A DNA stretch of 64,000 bases, taken from positions 92,502 to 156,501 of the forward strand of contig NIVC01002618.1 of NCBI GenBank assembly GCA_002269645.1, read 5' to 3'. This DNA is from Macrostomum lignano. Lineage: Eukaryota. Position 1 is the stretch's first letter. Every line of letters starts with the position of its first letter. Positions 13,101 to 24,317 of this stretch are shown in pieces. A program made the translations under genes and the position numbers. Under the pieces are notes generated by a model. The model saw only the letters and a list, made by a program, of their open reading frames with translations, did not search any database and had not been told where the DNA came from.

Positions 13101-15163
13101 GGCTAATGAGTCATAGAGGCTAATGAGTCATAGAGGCTAATGAGTCATAGAGGCTAATGAGTCATAGAGGCCAATGAGTCATAGAGGCTAATGAGTCATC
13201 GGGTCATAGAGGGTAATGAGTCATCGGGTCATAGAGGGTAATGAGTCATCGGGTCATAGAGAGGATAATGAGTCATAGAGGCTAATGAGCCATCGGGTCA
13301 TAGAGGGTAATGAGTCATTGGGTCATAGAGGGTAATGAGTCATTGGGTCATGGAGAGTAATTAATCATCGGGTCATAAAGGGTAATGAGACATCGGATCA
13401 TAAAGGGTAATGAGACATCGGGTCATAAAGGGTAATGAGACATCGGATCATAAAGGGTAATGAGACATCGGGTCATAAAGGGTAATGAGACATCGGGTCA
13501 TAAAGGGTAATGAGACATCGGGTCATAAAGGGTAATGAGACATCGGGTCAATAAAGGGTAATGAGACATCGGGTCATAAAGGGTAATGAGACATCAGGTC
13601 ATAAAGGGTAATGAGACATCGGGTCATAAAGGGTAATGAGACATCGGGTCATAAAGGGTAATGAGACATCGGGTCATAAAGGGTAATGAGACTTACGGAT
13701 CGTACAGGGTAAAGAGTCATGGGGCTATAGAATGTGATTTATTGTGTCACAGAGAGGATATCAGTCATCTGCTTATAAAAAAAGAAATAGTGCTGTGGTC
13801 ACAGAAGGCATCGGTGTCATGTGGGCAGCAGTCACCAAGCTGGCAATTGGCCAATTGCAGGACTCAACATCCGGCCTTACGCCAACCTGTGGCGCAGGAA
13901 AACTGCCGAGAAATTCAAGCGTTCGGCAACTCACGCCAGCTGTGAGTATGAAAATAAACTTTTGCTGCATATTTACTGATTGGTTAGTAGTATAGTTAGT
14001 TCATTTGGTTTGCCGTGAGTTGGCCTTTTGTACGAGCTATAAAAACGTACTAAGCTTAATTACCTGCCTTCTTACTAATCACTCGCATCTGCTCAGCTTT
14101 GTTCGCCAAGCACGCCAGCTCGTCTTCGATGCACGAATTGATGCTGCGGGAGGGCCGCCACCACCAGTTGAACATCAACAGCTGCGATGGAGGCAGTCAT
14201 CACTGTGCTGCTGCGGTGTGCTCAGATGCTCAAAACCTGCCTGCTCTTGTGGCTAAACGTGAGTTCACTTTGATTGACAGGTTTTGATTCCTTTTACTGA
14301 ATTTAAGTTTACTCTGAGTGTCTTTCAAGCTCACTCTGGGTGTCTTTATAGTTCACACTGGATGTCTTTCGAGTTCACTCCGGGTGTCTTTCGAGTTCAC
14401 TCTGTGTGTCTTTGTTAGAGTTCACTCTGTGTGTCTGTTAGAGTTCACTTTGTGTGTCTTTGTTAGAGTTCACTCTGTGTGTCTTTGTTAGAGTTCACTT
14501 TGTGTGTCTGTTAGAGTTCACTTTGTGTGTCTTTGTTAGAGTTCACTCTGTGTGTCTTTGTTAGAGTTCACTCTGTGTGTCTTTGTTAGAGTTCACTCTG
14601 TGTGTCTTTGTTAGAGTTCACTCTGTGTGTCTTTGTTAGAGTTCACTCTGTGTGTCTTTGTTAGAGTTCACTTTGTGTGTCTTTGTTAGAGTTCACTTTG
14701 TGTGTCTTTGTTAGAGTTCACTCTAGGTGAACTCTGGGTGGCTTTGTTAGAGTCCTCTCTAAGTATCTTAAAGGTATTCTATATAATATTATTGGAACTG
14801 TTTCGTGTAGGATGCAGCGAACTTGAGCTTCAGTGTTGGAAGGGTGAGAACTCCCCGCAATACAAGGTTAAGCATGCGGTCGGGTGTGCAGCTTAGCGCT
14901 CGATTACGATCGTGGCTTTTGCGGTGTTTGTAACTAAGCTGTAGTTGGCACTTGACCCCTGCATTCAAGTATTTTCAGTACTGCCTATAAAGTTTATAAT
15001 AGGGTATGAGCATACTTAGCTTGCTCTACTCATCTTAGTAGTGACTAGAAGGCATAAATGCATCTTGTTTATGCTGCACGGTGCACGACCTGTAACGAAC
15101 TTAAACACAAACTGTACTTAATAGTGGCAGATTGAAGGCACTTTTATTGGCCTTCTGTCTGCG

Positions 15164-15196
<33 letters not shown>

Positions 15197-15271
15197 GTCT
15201 GTGTCTGTCTGTCTGTCTGTCTGCATGTCTGTCTGTCTCTCTGTCTGTCTGTCTGTTTGTTTGTCTGTCTG

Positions 15272-15337
<66 letters not shown>

Positions 15338-15369
15338 CATGTCTGTCTGGCTGGCTGTCTGTCTCTGTT

Positions 15370-15410
<41 letters not shown>

Positions 15411-15413
15411 GGC

Positions 15414-15455
<42 letters not shown>

Positions 15456-15567
15456 CCTGTCTGTGTCTGTCTGTCTGTCTGTCTGTCTGTCTGCCTGCCT
15501 GTCTGGCTGTCTGTCTGTCTGCCTGTCTGTCTGTCTGTCTGTCTGCCTGTCTGGCTGTCTGTCTGCA

Positions 15568-15600
<33 letters not shown>

Positions 15601-15623
15601 GCCTGTCTGGCTGTCTGTCTGCA

Positions 15624-15666
<43 letters not shown>

Positions 15667-16068
15667 GTCTGTCTGTCTGTCTGTCTGCCTGCCTGTCTGG
15701 CTGTCTGGCTGTCTGTCTGGCTGTCTTTAATATTATCTGCGAGTTTGCTACCAGCTTGTCGTACGTATCGTAACTAAACCGGCAGTTCAACTGAAGCAGC
15801 GCCAACCATCCCTCGTCTCCCCGCCCGCAGCCGCAGCCCAGAGCTCCGCCGGCGGCCCCGTTGCGGTTAAAAACGGCGCCCAATCGGGCTGCGGAACTGC
15901 GACAGCTGTCTCTTTCTCGCTGCCTGCCGAGTAAGGCATGACGGATGCTGCATTGATTGCTCAGGATATGAGCGCGGACAGACAGACAGACAGACAGGAG
16001 ACACAAACACACAGACAGGCAGGCAGACAGACAGGCAGGCAGACAGACAGACAGGCAGACAGACAGAC

Positions 16069-16122
<54 letters not shown>

Positions 16123-16142
16123 CAACAGACAGACCAACAGAC

Positions 16143-16212
<70 letters not shown>

Positions 16213-16604
16213 GCTGGCACCACCCTCCCCGCTGCAGTGCTGTAGATGACTGCTATCCTGCTGAAGTCGCCCAGTTGCCCGCCCAGCAGCCGCACGCCCC
16301 GCCGCGCATGGGCACCCACAGCCTGTCCGGTCGCCACCCGTTGGCCTCCAAGAATGCGCCGAGGAATGCGGCAGCGCCGCCGCACGCCCAGCAGCACCAG
16401 GCGGAGTCGCCGACTATCGAATCGGTGCTTCTGGAAGAAGCAGAAGAGGACAGAGAAGAGCAGCACTCGCGGGCAACAGCCGAAGATGCGCGCAGCCAGG
16501 ACTCGACCAGCTCGAAGCGGGACTCGAGCTCGGGCCCGATTCGGAAATGGCTAAACGGCATCAGGGAGCGAAGGAAAATGAAAGCCAAGAGGCCAGCGAA
16601 ATGA
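1122..16604 (+). CDS. STIM: Stromal interaction molecule (STIM) ER Ca2+ sensor; 5' exons (EF-hand) lie outside the window
   Basis: Phase-consistent exons 1122-1347, 8945-9110, 9200-9290, 9702-10034, 11400-11500, 12832-12944, 13861-13941, 14097-14258, 14811-14843, 15786-15930, 16238-16604(TGA). SAM end RRLAIKAMDLVLFGPP matches STIM1 KLQLKALDTVLFGPP. TM KDGLLALLLVIILAGSW, then AEQSLTDLQ. CAD/SOAR segments LQHLLQMSYETELRY, KKRTGLLAGFRLSH and ERLQRWSRIEQLIGF. Polybasic tail RKWLNGIRERRKMKAKRPAK. Exons after 12944 are supported by splice phase only. Confidence 0.93.
1439..2018. repeat. G-rich ~22-23-bp minisatellite (gtcaggatggtgattgtagggg), left copy of a ~580-bp direct duplication
   Basis: Same order of variant units as 7907-8486; identical ORFs at 1654 and 8123 in the ORF track. 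Confidence 0.92.
2107..5846 (-). CDS. LINE ORF2 (AP endonuclease, reverse transcriptase, RNase H, CCHC finger) with one frameshift near 5171-5177
   Basis: APE motifs QINLQH, IQEPW, GDLNAHH, SDH. RT motifs KSPGPDG, FRPISL, PQGGVL, YADD. RNase H motifs YTDGS, NEVLAI, SDSQAAL, WVPGH, NELAD. Finger CSFC..ETAEHFVSIC. The frames join if 1 nt is added at TTT ATG CC TTT AAT. Confidence 0.95.
5885..7447 (-). CDS. LINE ORF1 (gag-like; central domain resembles DUF4780, no CCHC knuckle, acidic C-terminus)
   Basis: 520-codon ORF just upstream of ORF2. Basic patch RKRAKQRAKRQAKK and motif VVFVP..RVLLRLNPDL. The real start is probably MAFEPT or MDKQ. The DUF4780 call is from memory. Confidence 0.82.
   Translation of the reverse strand: MERPGGYRAPLRVAHQPSIMAFEPTMDKQAISRDGDPSKPQPQSEGPAGPAGRSQPTDSTVAKEGPAGSAGRSDQSYQTQNTLRPASSAGGSKGTASSEPKGPAKSGRSDEAQRARLERKRAKQRAKRQAKKGAAGAKAAASTMDAEATGVPRQPGGPAGGSSSSSAAALPGAAAAAAEAETTAQQMATANKEVPSGATFAAKAKAKIPGVIIQGRDQDWTTDQLQKVWSAVDSYLIELTVEEGISIGVERMVLRSTFVLIAPSSEEDARRLLQRLPTVSLDADLGGALFLREGQRPKTIPYVVFVPAKSTAAGPDVIRRVLLRLNPDLPASGLVYHRKVRRGETGNSIVLGLSSTWASRYPNGSSFQLGALKLKLRRGKSAKGKATANPGISGKSGAQSKAQGKAQADPKAKAASRPSASSSSATAVTAPAEPREPNLPVGEGVEDEAGSSESELSSATLVGSEGKDAGEEASSILSSEPEDSAGGAGGGEEAMDVDQLPSPSQAPAAWDEDDLLSKSP
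7907..8860. repeat. G-rich minisatellite: right duplicated copy (7907-8486) plus the rest of the array
   Basis: Direct comparison with 1439-2018. Confidence 0.92.
9325..9660. repeat. CT-rich low-complexity intronic tract
   Basis: ctcttcttcccc-like units between STIM exons. Confidence 0.85.
10090..11290. repeat. ~38-bp intronic minisatellite (ttgggatttgggattcgtgtttttagggattcggggtg)
   Basis: Tandem units visible; they degenerate towards the 3' end. Confidence 0.92.
12165..12618. repeat. 17-bp minisatellite (aacctgaaccctcagat)
   Basis: Tandem units visible. Confidence 0.93.
13073..13691. repeat. 17-bp unit (gaggctaatgagtcata) grading into a 25-bp unit (gggtcataaagggtaatgagacatc)
   Basis: Tandem units visible. 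Confidence 0.92.
14320..14740. repeat. 25-bp minisatellite (ttagagttcactctgtgtgtctttg)
   Basis: Tandem units visible. Confidence 0.9.
15154..15726. repeat. Imperfect (TCTG)n microsatellite
   Basis: Seen directly. Confidence 0.95.
15977..16212. repeat. Imperfect (CAGA)n microsatellite, inverted relative to 15154-15726
   Basis: Seen directly. Confidence 0.95.
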
Positions 16605-17034
16605 GTCTGGCGCAGTTCGATGCGGCCGTATGGATTCAGAAATTGGGTTTTTAATTGTGTCAATATGGACTGTTTTTAGCACCTGCATTGGCTGAATAAG
16701 TCTGTGATTCTCATGCTAGTCCCTCAGCTGGTGTCTGCAACTGTCGCTTTCCTAATCTCGTTCTTTTATAATGAACAAACGCCGACAGTACTACTCTCAC
16801 TAGCTTGTCGTTTTATGCTATGAAATTTTTCTATTGCGCATTTTCTTAATTTAAATTTTGATCTCGGAGATTTGCCCACTCTTCGTGCGGCAGTCTGTTT
16901 CAACCGGATTTCCTGTCAGCTTACCAGTTAGTATTTCATGCCGGCTGCTGCTACCTTGCCTTTTCGGTTGCAAAAATGTTTTGCGATTTCTGAATCAGAA
17001 TGTCTGATGTTTTAAAACTGGTGGCATTCTCACT

Positions 17035-17660
17035 CTCTCCACCTCTATCCGTGTCTGTCCACCTGCCTGTTCACCTGTATCCGTGTCTGTCCACCTGCCT
17101 GTTCACCTGTATCCGTGTCTGTCCACCTACCTGTCCACCTCTATCCGTGTCTGTCCACCCACCTGTCCATCTCTATCCGTGTCTGTCCACCTGCCTGTTC
17201 ACCTGTATCCGTGTCTGTCCACCTCTATCTGTGTCTGTCCACCTATCTGTCCATGTCTATCCGTATCTGTCCACCTCTATCCGTGTCTGTCCACCTACCT
17301 GTCCATCTCTATCCGTGTCTGTCCACCTGCCTGTTCACCTGTATCTGTGTCTGTCCACCTCTATCTGTGTCTGTCCACCTATCTGTCCATGTCTATCCGT
17401 ATCTGTCCACCTCTATCCGTGTCTGTCCACCTACCTGTCCATCTCTATCCGTGTCTGTCCACCTACCTGTCCATGTCTGTCCGTATCTGTCCACCTCTAT
17501 CCGTGTCTGTCCACCTGCCTGTCCACCTCTATCCGTGTCTGTCCACCTACCTGTCCACCTGCCTGTCCACCTCTATCCGTGTCTGTCCACCTACCTGTCC
17601 ACCTGCCTGTCTACCTCTATCCGTGTCTGGCCACCTCTGTCCGTGTCTGTCTATCTGCCT
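17035..17660. repeat. Compound minisatellite (ccacctctatccgtgtctgt and ccacctgcctgt variants)
   Basis: Seen directly. Confidence 0.9.
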
Positions 17661-18499
17661 GTCACTACTTCAGTATGCCTCTATGTTCTCCATCGCAGCA
17701 ACGCCGCACACTCCCCAATGTTATACTTGTGTTATTCGTATCGCATTAAAACAAGCAGTGCAATTTGTGTTCGCCAAACGACTGACTGTTGTTAAAACAC
17801 AGAATCATTAAAAATGAATAACCAGTCAACTAATCTAGGCATGCACCGCAATATCTAACAGCTTTGCTTGTGATAACCTGCAATATTTGCAACCGTTTAC
17901 TGAACAGGCTGGAAGTCCTGCGAGAGTTTTTTGTTCTACAAAATTGATTATTCTAAATCTATTGATTATTAATAGTGTATAATTATTAATATTCATTGCA
18001 AATACAATGCTTATGATTTTATTTACTATTTAGATTACTATTTAGATTTTAAGTACAGAAATCCAATGCAAAGCCGTAAAGTACATTGAAATGTTGAACT
18101 CCTGGACTCGTGTGATTTGACAAATTTATTTATGAATGTATAGAATATATTCAACTCGCGATCTGGTGCTCAAAAATGAAACCAAAACAATTCCAGCAAG
18201 TCGCATTGGGAAGCTCGCATTTCGAAGGAGAAAAGAACAATTTTTAATAAATAATTTTCGTAACAAGGATTTACGCTTCTCATAAATGAACCATTGCTAA
18301 ACCAAACAGCTTTAATAATGATGGGAGTTAGCGACAGGTTTGCGTTAGTAATGCTCTCACACCGTGGTGAATGTTTAGCATGGGATACAATGTGGAATTC
18401 AAACTTGCTATTTCAGCAACAGCTTTGTCTACCTGAGAAGGGACGCGTAACTACAGTTGATTTCGCTGTTGGGTGGGGCTTCTTGGTCGGCTGCGACAC

Positions 18500-19122
18500 G
18501 TAGGCAGACAGACAGATAGACAAGACACTAAGATAGGTAGACACACAAGATACTAAGACAGGCAGACAGACACTAAGACAGGCAGACAGACAAGACACTA
18601 AGACAGACGGACAGACAGACAGACACTAAGACAGACGGACAGACAGACACCAAGACAGACAGACAGACAAGATACTAAGACAGGCAGACAGACAAGATAC
18701 TAAGACAGACAGACAGACAGATACTAAGACAGGCAGACAGACAAGACACTAAGACAGACGGACAGACAGACAGACACTAAGACAGACGGACAGACAGACA
18801 GACACTAAGACAGACAGACAGACACTAAGACAGACAGACAGACAAGATACTAAGACAGACAGACAGACAGATACTAAGACAGACAGACAGACAGACAGAC
18901 AGACACTAAGACAGACGGACAGACAGACAGACACTAAGACAGACAGACAGACAGGCAGACAGACAGACAGACAGACAAGACACTAAGGCAGACAGGCAGA
19001 CAGACAGACAGACAGACAAGACACTAAGGCAGACAGGCAGACAGACAGACAGACAAGACACTAAGGCAGACAGACAGGCGGACAGACAGACAGACAGACA
19101 AGACAGACAGACGGAGACAAAC
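18500..19122. repeat. (GACA)n-derived compound repeat (agacagacagacacta)
   Basis: Seen directly. Confidence 0.92.
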
Positions 19123-20285
19123 TCAGAGGCAGCTCCTCGGGCCACACCGCAAGTCCGAATGAGTTGCATTGTATGGAAGGAAGCGGGGAGCGCGACGCAA
19201 ACAAGCCTCACCAATCGCGGTCGGTTTAGCGGCAGGAAAGGCACACGCGAAGATTCCGGGTGCAAATTGCGCGGAATACAAAATAGTACGCATATACTTT
19301 AACGCAAAACTACCTGTACTCTACATGTTTAGTCTCGCAGTTGAAATAAATATAATAAGTCGGCAATGACGAGTCAAGTCGAGAGCCGTGTCAAGCACTG
19401 GTGTTCGTTCAGAACCTTCGGTCAGGAAATTACATGTAGTGAGCGAATGAACCATACATGCGCAACAGTCAGCCGAGCCGGCCGATCCGGCCGACCGATT
19501 TGGCGGCCAACCAAGGAAGTCGCAAAAATGCCCACCCGAAAAAACACCCTAAGTAGTAGTACTAAGTAGCTGACGAGGCATTTTGGCTAAATAATACAGT
19601 AATAGTTCCTCCTGCTGTTTACCCAAAGTTGCTTTTGCTTTAGGGTTTTTTTACATGTAAGTTGCGCATGTATGGAATGAACAGTAGCGTACATGTACAT
19701 TTGGCGGTAACTAAGGGCAGTAACTTAATTGTGGAGGGGGAGGGCTCGCAATGGTTGCCTTGGTAAAACGCGCATGACATAATCTGCCTGAACCATAGAC
19801 TATAGCTTCTGCTGCTGTCAAGACATTAGCAGTTGGTGTCTGTGGCCCTAACCCCTGGATTTTCGGGGCCTCGGAGACGGGCGCTAAATACATCTAGCGA
19901 ATTCTGGAGTAACATCTAGGTAATATAGAATCTGATTTTAGCTGTCAACGTTGTGTTGTGAGGGTAGTTATTTGTGGCTGTGTTCATGTCATACGCGTTT
20001 TATTCGGGCAGTTTGGATTTCAAGTGAGGAAGAATGGGATTCATATAAATGTATACTTACTGATTTACAAAGTCTTACCGCATCTATACATCTGCAAGTT
20101 GGCATTCTTCAGAATATTTAGACAAGATTTCAACTAAAAATTCTGGATTTCGATGTCTAGGGAGGTGTCGCAGATGAGAGTACATTACGAGTACATCAAT
20201 TCGCTGGGCTGGCGGTGTGAAGGGAAACTCCTGTTCTAAGGGTGAAGAGTGAAGTCAAAGTTTGGCTGGTGGCAATTTTCCCGCC

Positions 20286-23200
20286 TCACATGGAGTTGAC
20301 CACAGTGCACAGGAAGGCGTGCCTTTGGCAGACCTCCATGAAGTTCTTCTTCAAGAATGACACCACCTCGGGGTGGAACATGTTGAACCTGTAGTGCAGC
20401 TTGGGGTACTCGGTGGCCTTCTGGATCAAGCCGTTCTTGTCGTCTGTGTAGTACTGGCGGATGCTGCGACTCATCTTTTCGTAGCTCATGTTCATGTTGC
20501 CCTTGGTCATGCCCCACGACCGGGCCGCGCCGCTGCTGTCAACGAATCGGAACAGGCCCTCCTGGATGTTCAGCCACTCCACTGTGGGATCCTCATTCAT
20601 CAGCAGCCGGAGGATGTGCTCCCACAGGTGATCGCCGCCAACTTTCTCCGGCGACGCGGCTGAGTTCAATTAATGTAATTGGCGGTTCAGGCTGTGCATG
20701 AACTTCTTGCGAAAATTATTTGCCCACAATGTCACACTTACAATTACCTTCAGGAAGAATTGCACTTTTAACATTGACCTTTGTAGCCTTCAGGAATAGC
20801 AAAAAAATGAGATTAATCTTTGGGCTACAAAATAATCTCAACGTTCGACTTTGACCTTTGACCTTTAGGCTGTCGGATCGGAGTTTTCGGGGTTTTGCGG
20901 TTTTTTCTTAAATTCCCTTTGTGCCTAAAATCGAAAATTTTAGCATTTGGGGATCTCTATGGGGAGAAATGGGATAAATGGGGATTTCATGTGAACCAAA
21001 GGCTCTAAAATGGAGCCTCGAGCCTGAAGCATTGGGTCCCGGTTTCTCTACGCCAATCCCTTCAATTGGAGCTTTAAATGCTTTAATGCTTTTTATGAAT
21101 TTTCGAACTGCTCAATGTTGACCTTCATTTGACCTCAGATAAACAAATCATGCAAGTTAACAACAAATTTTATTTGTTTAAATCGCTTACCCAGGTAGCT
21201 GGCGTTGGTCATTTTCATTGGAATGCTGTCGCAGACTGCAATTCAGATATGATGCGGGGTTAAGAATGCATAAAACTTCAATTCTAAGAAACCAAAGCCG
21301 GAAATTTCCTATTAATTAACAATTAGCACCTTGCTTCCAGGCATCAAGCTCGTATTGCAACTTCAAAGCGATTCGCTTGTCAAAGATTTCGCCAAATATG
21401 TTTATATAGCTCTCTAGCGGCGTGTTCGGCTGAGCCCTGATGCAGGTCTCCACCATGCGCAGCTTCTGTACTCGCTCTGCCAGCTCAGCCGGATTCGGCT
21501 GGTGCAGGTGCTTGGTGAGCATGCACTTCAGCCAGAACATCCGCTGCTTCGGATCCCAACCTGCGGGGTGCGAGATTTGTACAGTGTTGCACAGTTTGTA
21601 CGAATGTTTGCAGTCTGTCTACCGATATGTAGTCTGTATCTACCGATATGTAGCTTGTACCACCAATATGTACAGTCTGTATCTACCGATATGTACGGTC
21701 TGTATCTACCGATATGTAGCTTGTACCACCAATATGTACAGTCTGTATCTACCGATATGTACGGTCTGTATCTACCGATATGTAGCTTGTACCACCAATA
21801 TGTACAGTCTGTATCTACCGATATGTACGGTCTGTATCTACCGATATGTAGCTTGTACCACCAATATGTACAGTCTGTATCTACCGATATGTACGGTCTG
21901 TATCTCCGATATGTAGCTTGTACCACCAATATGTACAGTCTGTATCTACCGATATGTACGGTCTGTATCTACCGATATGTAGCTTGTACCACCAATATGT
22001 ACAGTCTGTATCTACCGATATGTAGTCTGTATCTACCGATATGTAGCTTGTACCACCAATATGTACAGTCTGTATCTACCGATATGTAGTCTGTATCTAC
22101 CGATATGTAGCTTGTACCACCAATATGTACAGTCTGTATCTACCGATATGTAGTCTGTATCTACCGATATGTAGCTTGTACCACCAATATGTACAGTCTG
22201 TATCTACCGATATGTAGTCTGTATCTACCGATATGTAGCTTGTACCACCAATATGTACAGTCTGTATCTACCGATATGTAGTCTGTATCTACCGATATGT
22301 AGCTTGTACCACCAATATGTACAGTCTGTATCTACCGATATGTAGTCTGTATCTACCGATATGTAGCTTGTACCACCAATATGTACAGTCTGTATCTACC
22401 GATATGTAGTCTGTATCTACCGATATGTAGCTTGTACCACCAATATGTACAGTCTGTATCTACCGATATGTAGTCTGTATCTACCGATATGTAGCTTGTA
22501 CCACCAATATGTACAGTCTGTATCTACCGATATGTAGTCTGTATCTACCGATATGTAGCTTGTACCACCAATATGTACAGTCTGTATCTACCGATATGTA
22601 GTCTGTATCTACCGATATGTAGCTTGTACCACCAATATGTACAGTCTGTATTTACCGATATGTACAGTCTGTATTTACCGATATGTACGGTCTGTATCTA
22701 CTAATATATACAGTTTGTACCTACCAATATATACAGAACAGAATTTATCTACCGATATGTACAGTTTGTATCTACCGATATGTAGCTTGTACCACCAATA
22801 TGTACAGTCTGTATCTACCGATATGTACGGTCTGTATCTACTAATATATACAGTTTGTACCTACCAATATATACAGAACAGAATTTATCTACCGATATGT
22901 ACAGTTTGTATCTACTAATGTGTTCAGTCAGTATCTACCTATATGTTGAACTGTCTTTATCTACTGTTAGTACAGTCTGTATCTACCTATATGTTGAACT
23001 GTCTTTACCTACTGTTGGTACAGTCTGTATCTACTGTCTGTACAGTCTGTATCTACTGTTGGTACAGTCTGTATCTACTGTCTGTACAGTCTGTATCTAC
23101 TGTCTGTACAGTCTGTATCTACTGTCTGTACAGTCTGTATCTACTGTTGGTACAGTCTGTATCTACTGTCTGTACAGTCTGTATCTACTGTTGGTACAGT

Positions 23201-24278
23201 CTGTATCTACTGTCTGTACAGTCTGTATCTACTGTCTGTACAGTCTGTATCTACTGTCTGTACAGTCTGTATCTACTGTTTGTACAGTCTGTATCTACTG
23301 TTGGTACAGTCTGTATCTACTGTCTGTACAGTCTGTATCTACTGTTGGTACAGTCTGTATCTACTGTCTGTACAGTCTGTATCTACTGTCTGTACAGTCT
23401 GTATCTACTGTCTGTACAGTCTGTATCTACTGTTGGTACAGTCTGTATCTACTGTCTGTACAGTCTGTATCTACTGTCTGTACAGTCTGTATCTACTGTC
23501 TGTACAGTCTGTATCTACTGTCTGTACAGTCTGTATCTACTGTTGGTACAGTCTGTATCTACTGTCTGTACAGTCTGTATCTACTGTCTGTACAGTCTGT
23601 ATCTACTGTCTGTACAGTCTGTATCTACTGTCTGTACAGCGACTCACTCTCCATAGCCGGCAGAGGCAGCTGTCCCAGCTCAGCCAGCATGAGCACCTCC
23701 TGCTGCTTGGACTGTTTCGGATTCTGCAGACTGGGCTCGCCAGACTCAATGGTTGGCGGCACCATGATGGCGCCGCCGTTCTGGAAGCTGGCTGGCCCGT
23801 ACAGCTCTGAGTCCTGGCCGGGGCACAGCGGCGGGGAGGCTCGAGCGAATGGACTGCGATAGAACGACGGCTGCTGCTGCTGCTGAGACGGCGGCGGCAT
23901 CGGCGGCGGCGGCGGCGGCATCGGAGACGGCAGGGTCAGGGTCGGTGCCGCTTGCGGCGGTGGCATCGACTTCTGCAGCAGCAGCTGGGACTGGAACAGG
24001 CTCGGCAGTTGCGAAGGCGGCGGCGGCGGCGGCAAGGACTTCATGCTGTCGAATAGAAGCGACGAATTGGTCGCCGCGGGTCGAGGGAAGTCGTGGAACA
24101 TCTCGCTGTCGGCTGCCGCCACGGGCCGGTGCTGCGGGAACATGCTGGCGCCGCCACCGGCGCTGAAGAAGCGCGTACCGGATGTGAGAGAAATCCCCGA
24201 CGCTCCGGTTGAGATGGGAGGCGGCGGGCCGGACATGGGCTCCACCGTTGGCGGGGTGCTGGAGTGGGACAGCTCCAT
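20286..24278 (-). CDS. SPDEF: ETS-family transcription factor with a divergent Pointed (SAM_PNT) domain, SPDEF/Ets98B-like
   Basis: Phase-consistent exons 24278-23648, 21560-21330, 21235-21191, 20659-20286. ETS domain HLWEHIL..WLN..EGLFRFVDS..WG..MSYEKMSRSIRQYY carries the RSIRQYY signature of SPDEF. PNT-like segment LGQLPLPAMESWDPKQRMFWLKC. Pro/Gln-rich N-terminus. The start codon is uncertain and the symbol means '-like'. Confidence 0.85.
21615..23638. repeat. Intronic higher-order repeat (66/64-bp units) grading into a 22-bp unit (tacagtctgtatctactgtctg)
   Basis: Seen directly; fills the intron 21561-23647. Confidence 0.92.
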
Positions 24279-24317
24279 GAGCAACTCAGCAGCTGATGTT
24301 GTTGACGCTGTGCGATT

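Noticed and set aside
15118-16249. (QTDR)n and (VCLS)n ORFs
   Set aside because: Microsatellite translations; the real coding sequence is the short exon 15786-15930.
20748-20800. Possible extra 40-nt exon of the ETS gene
   Set aside because: Its phase does not fit the flanking exons, which already join in frame without it.
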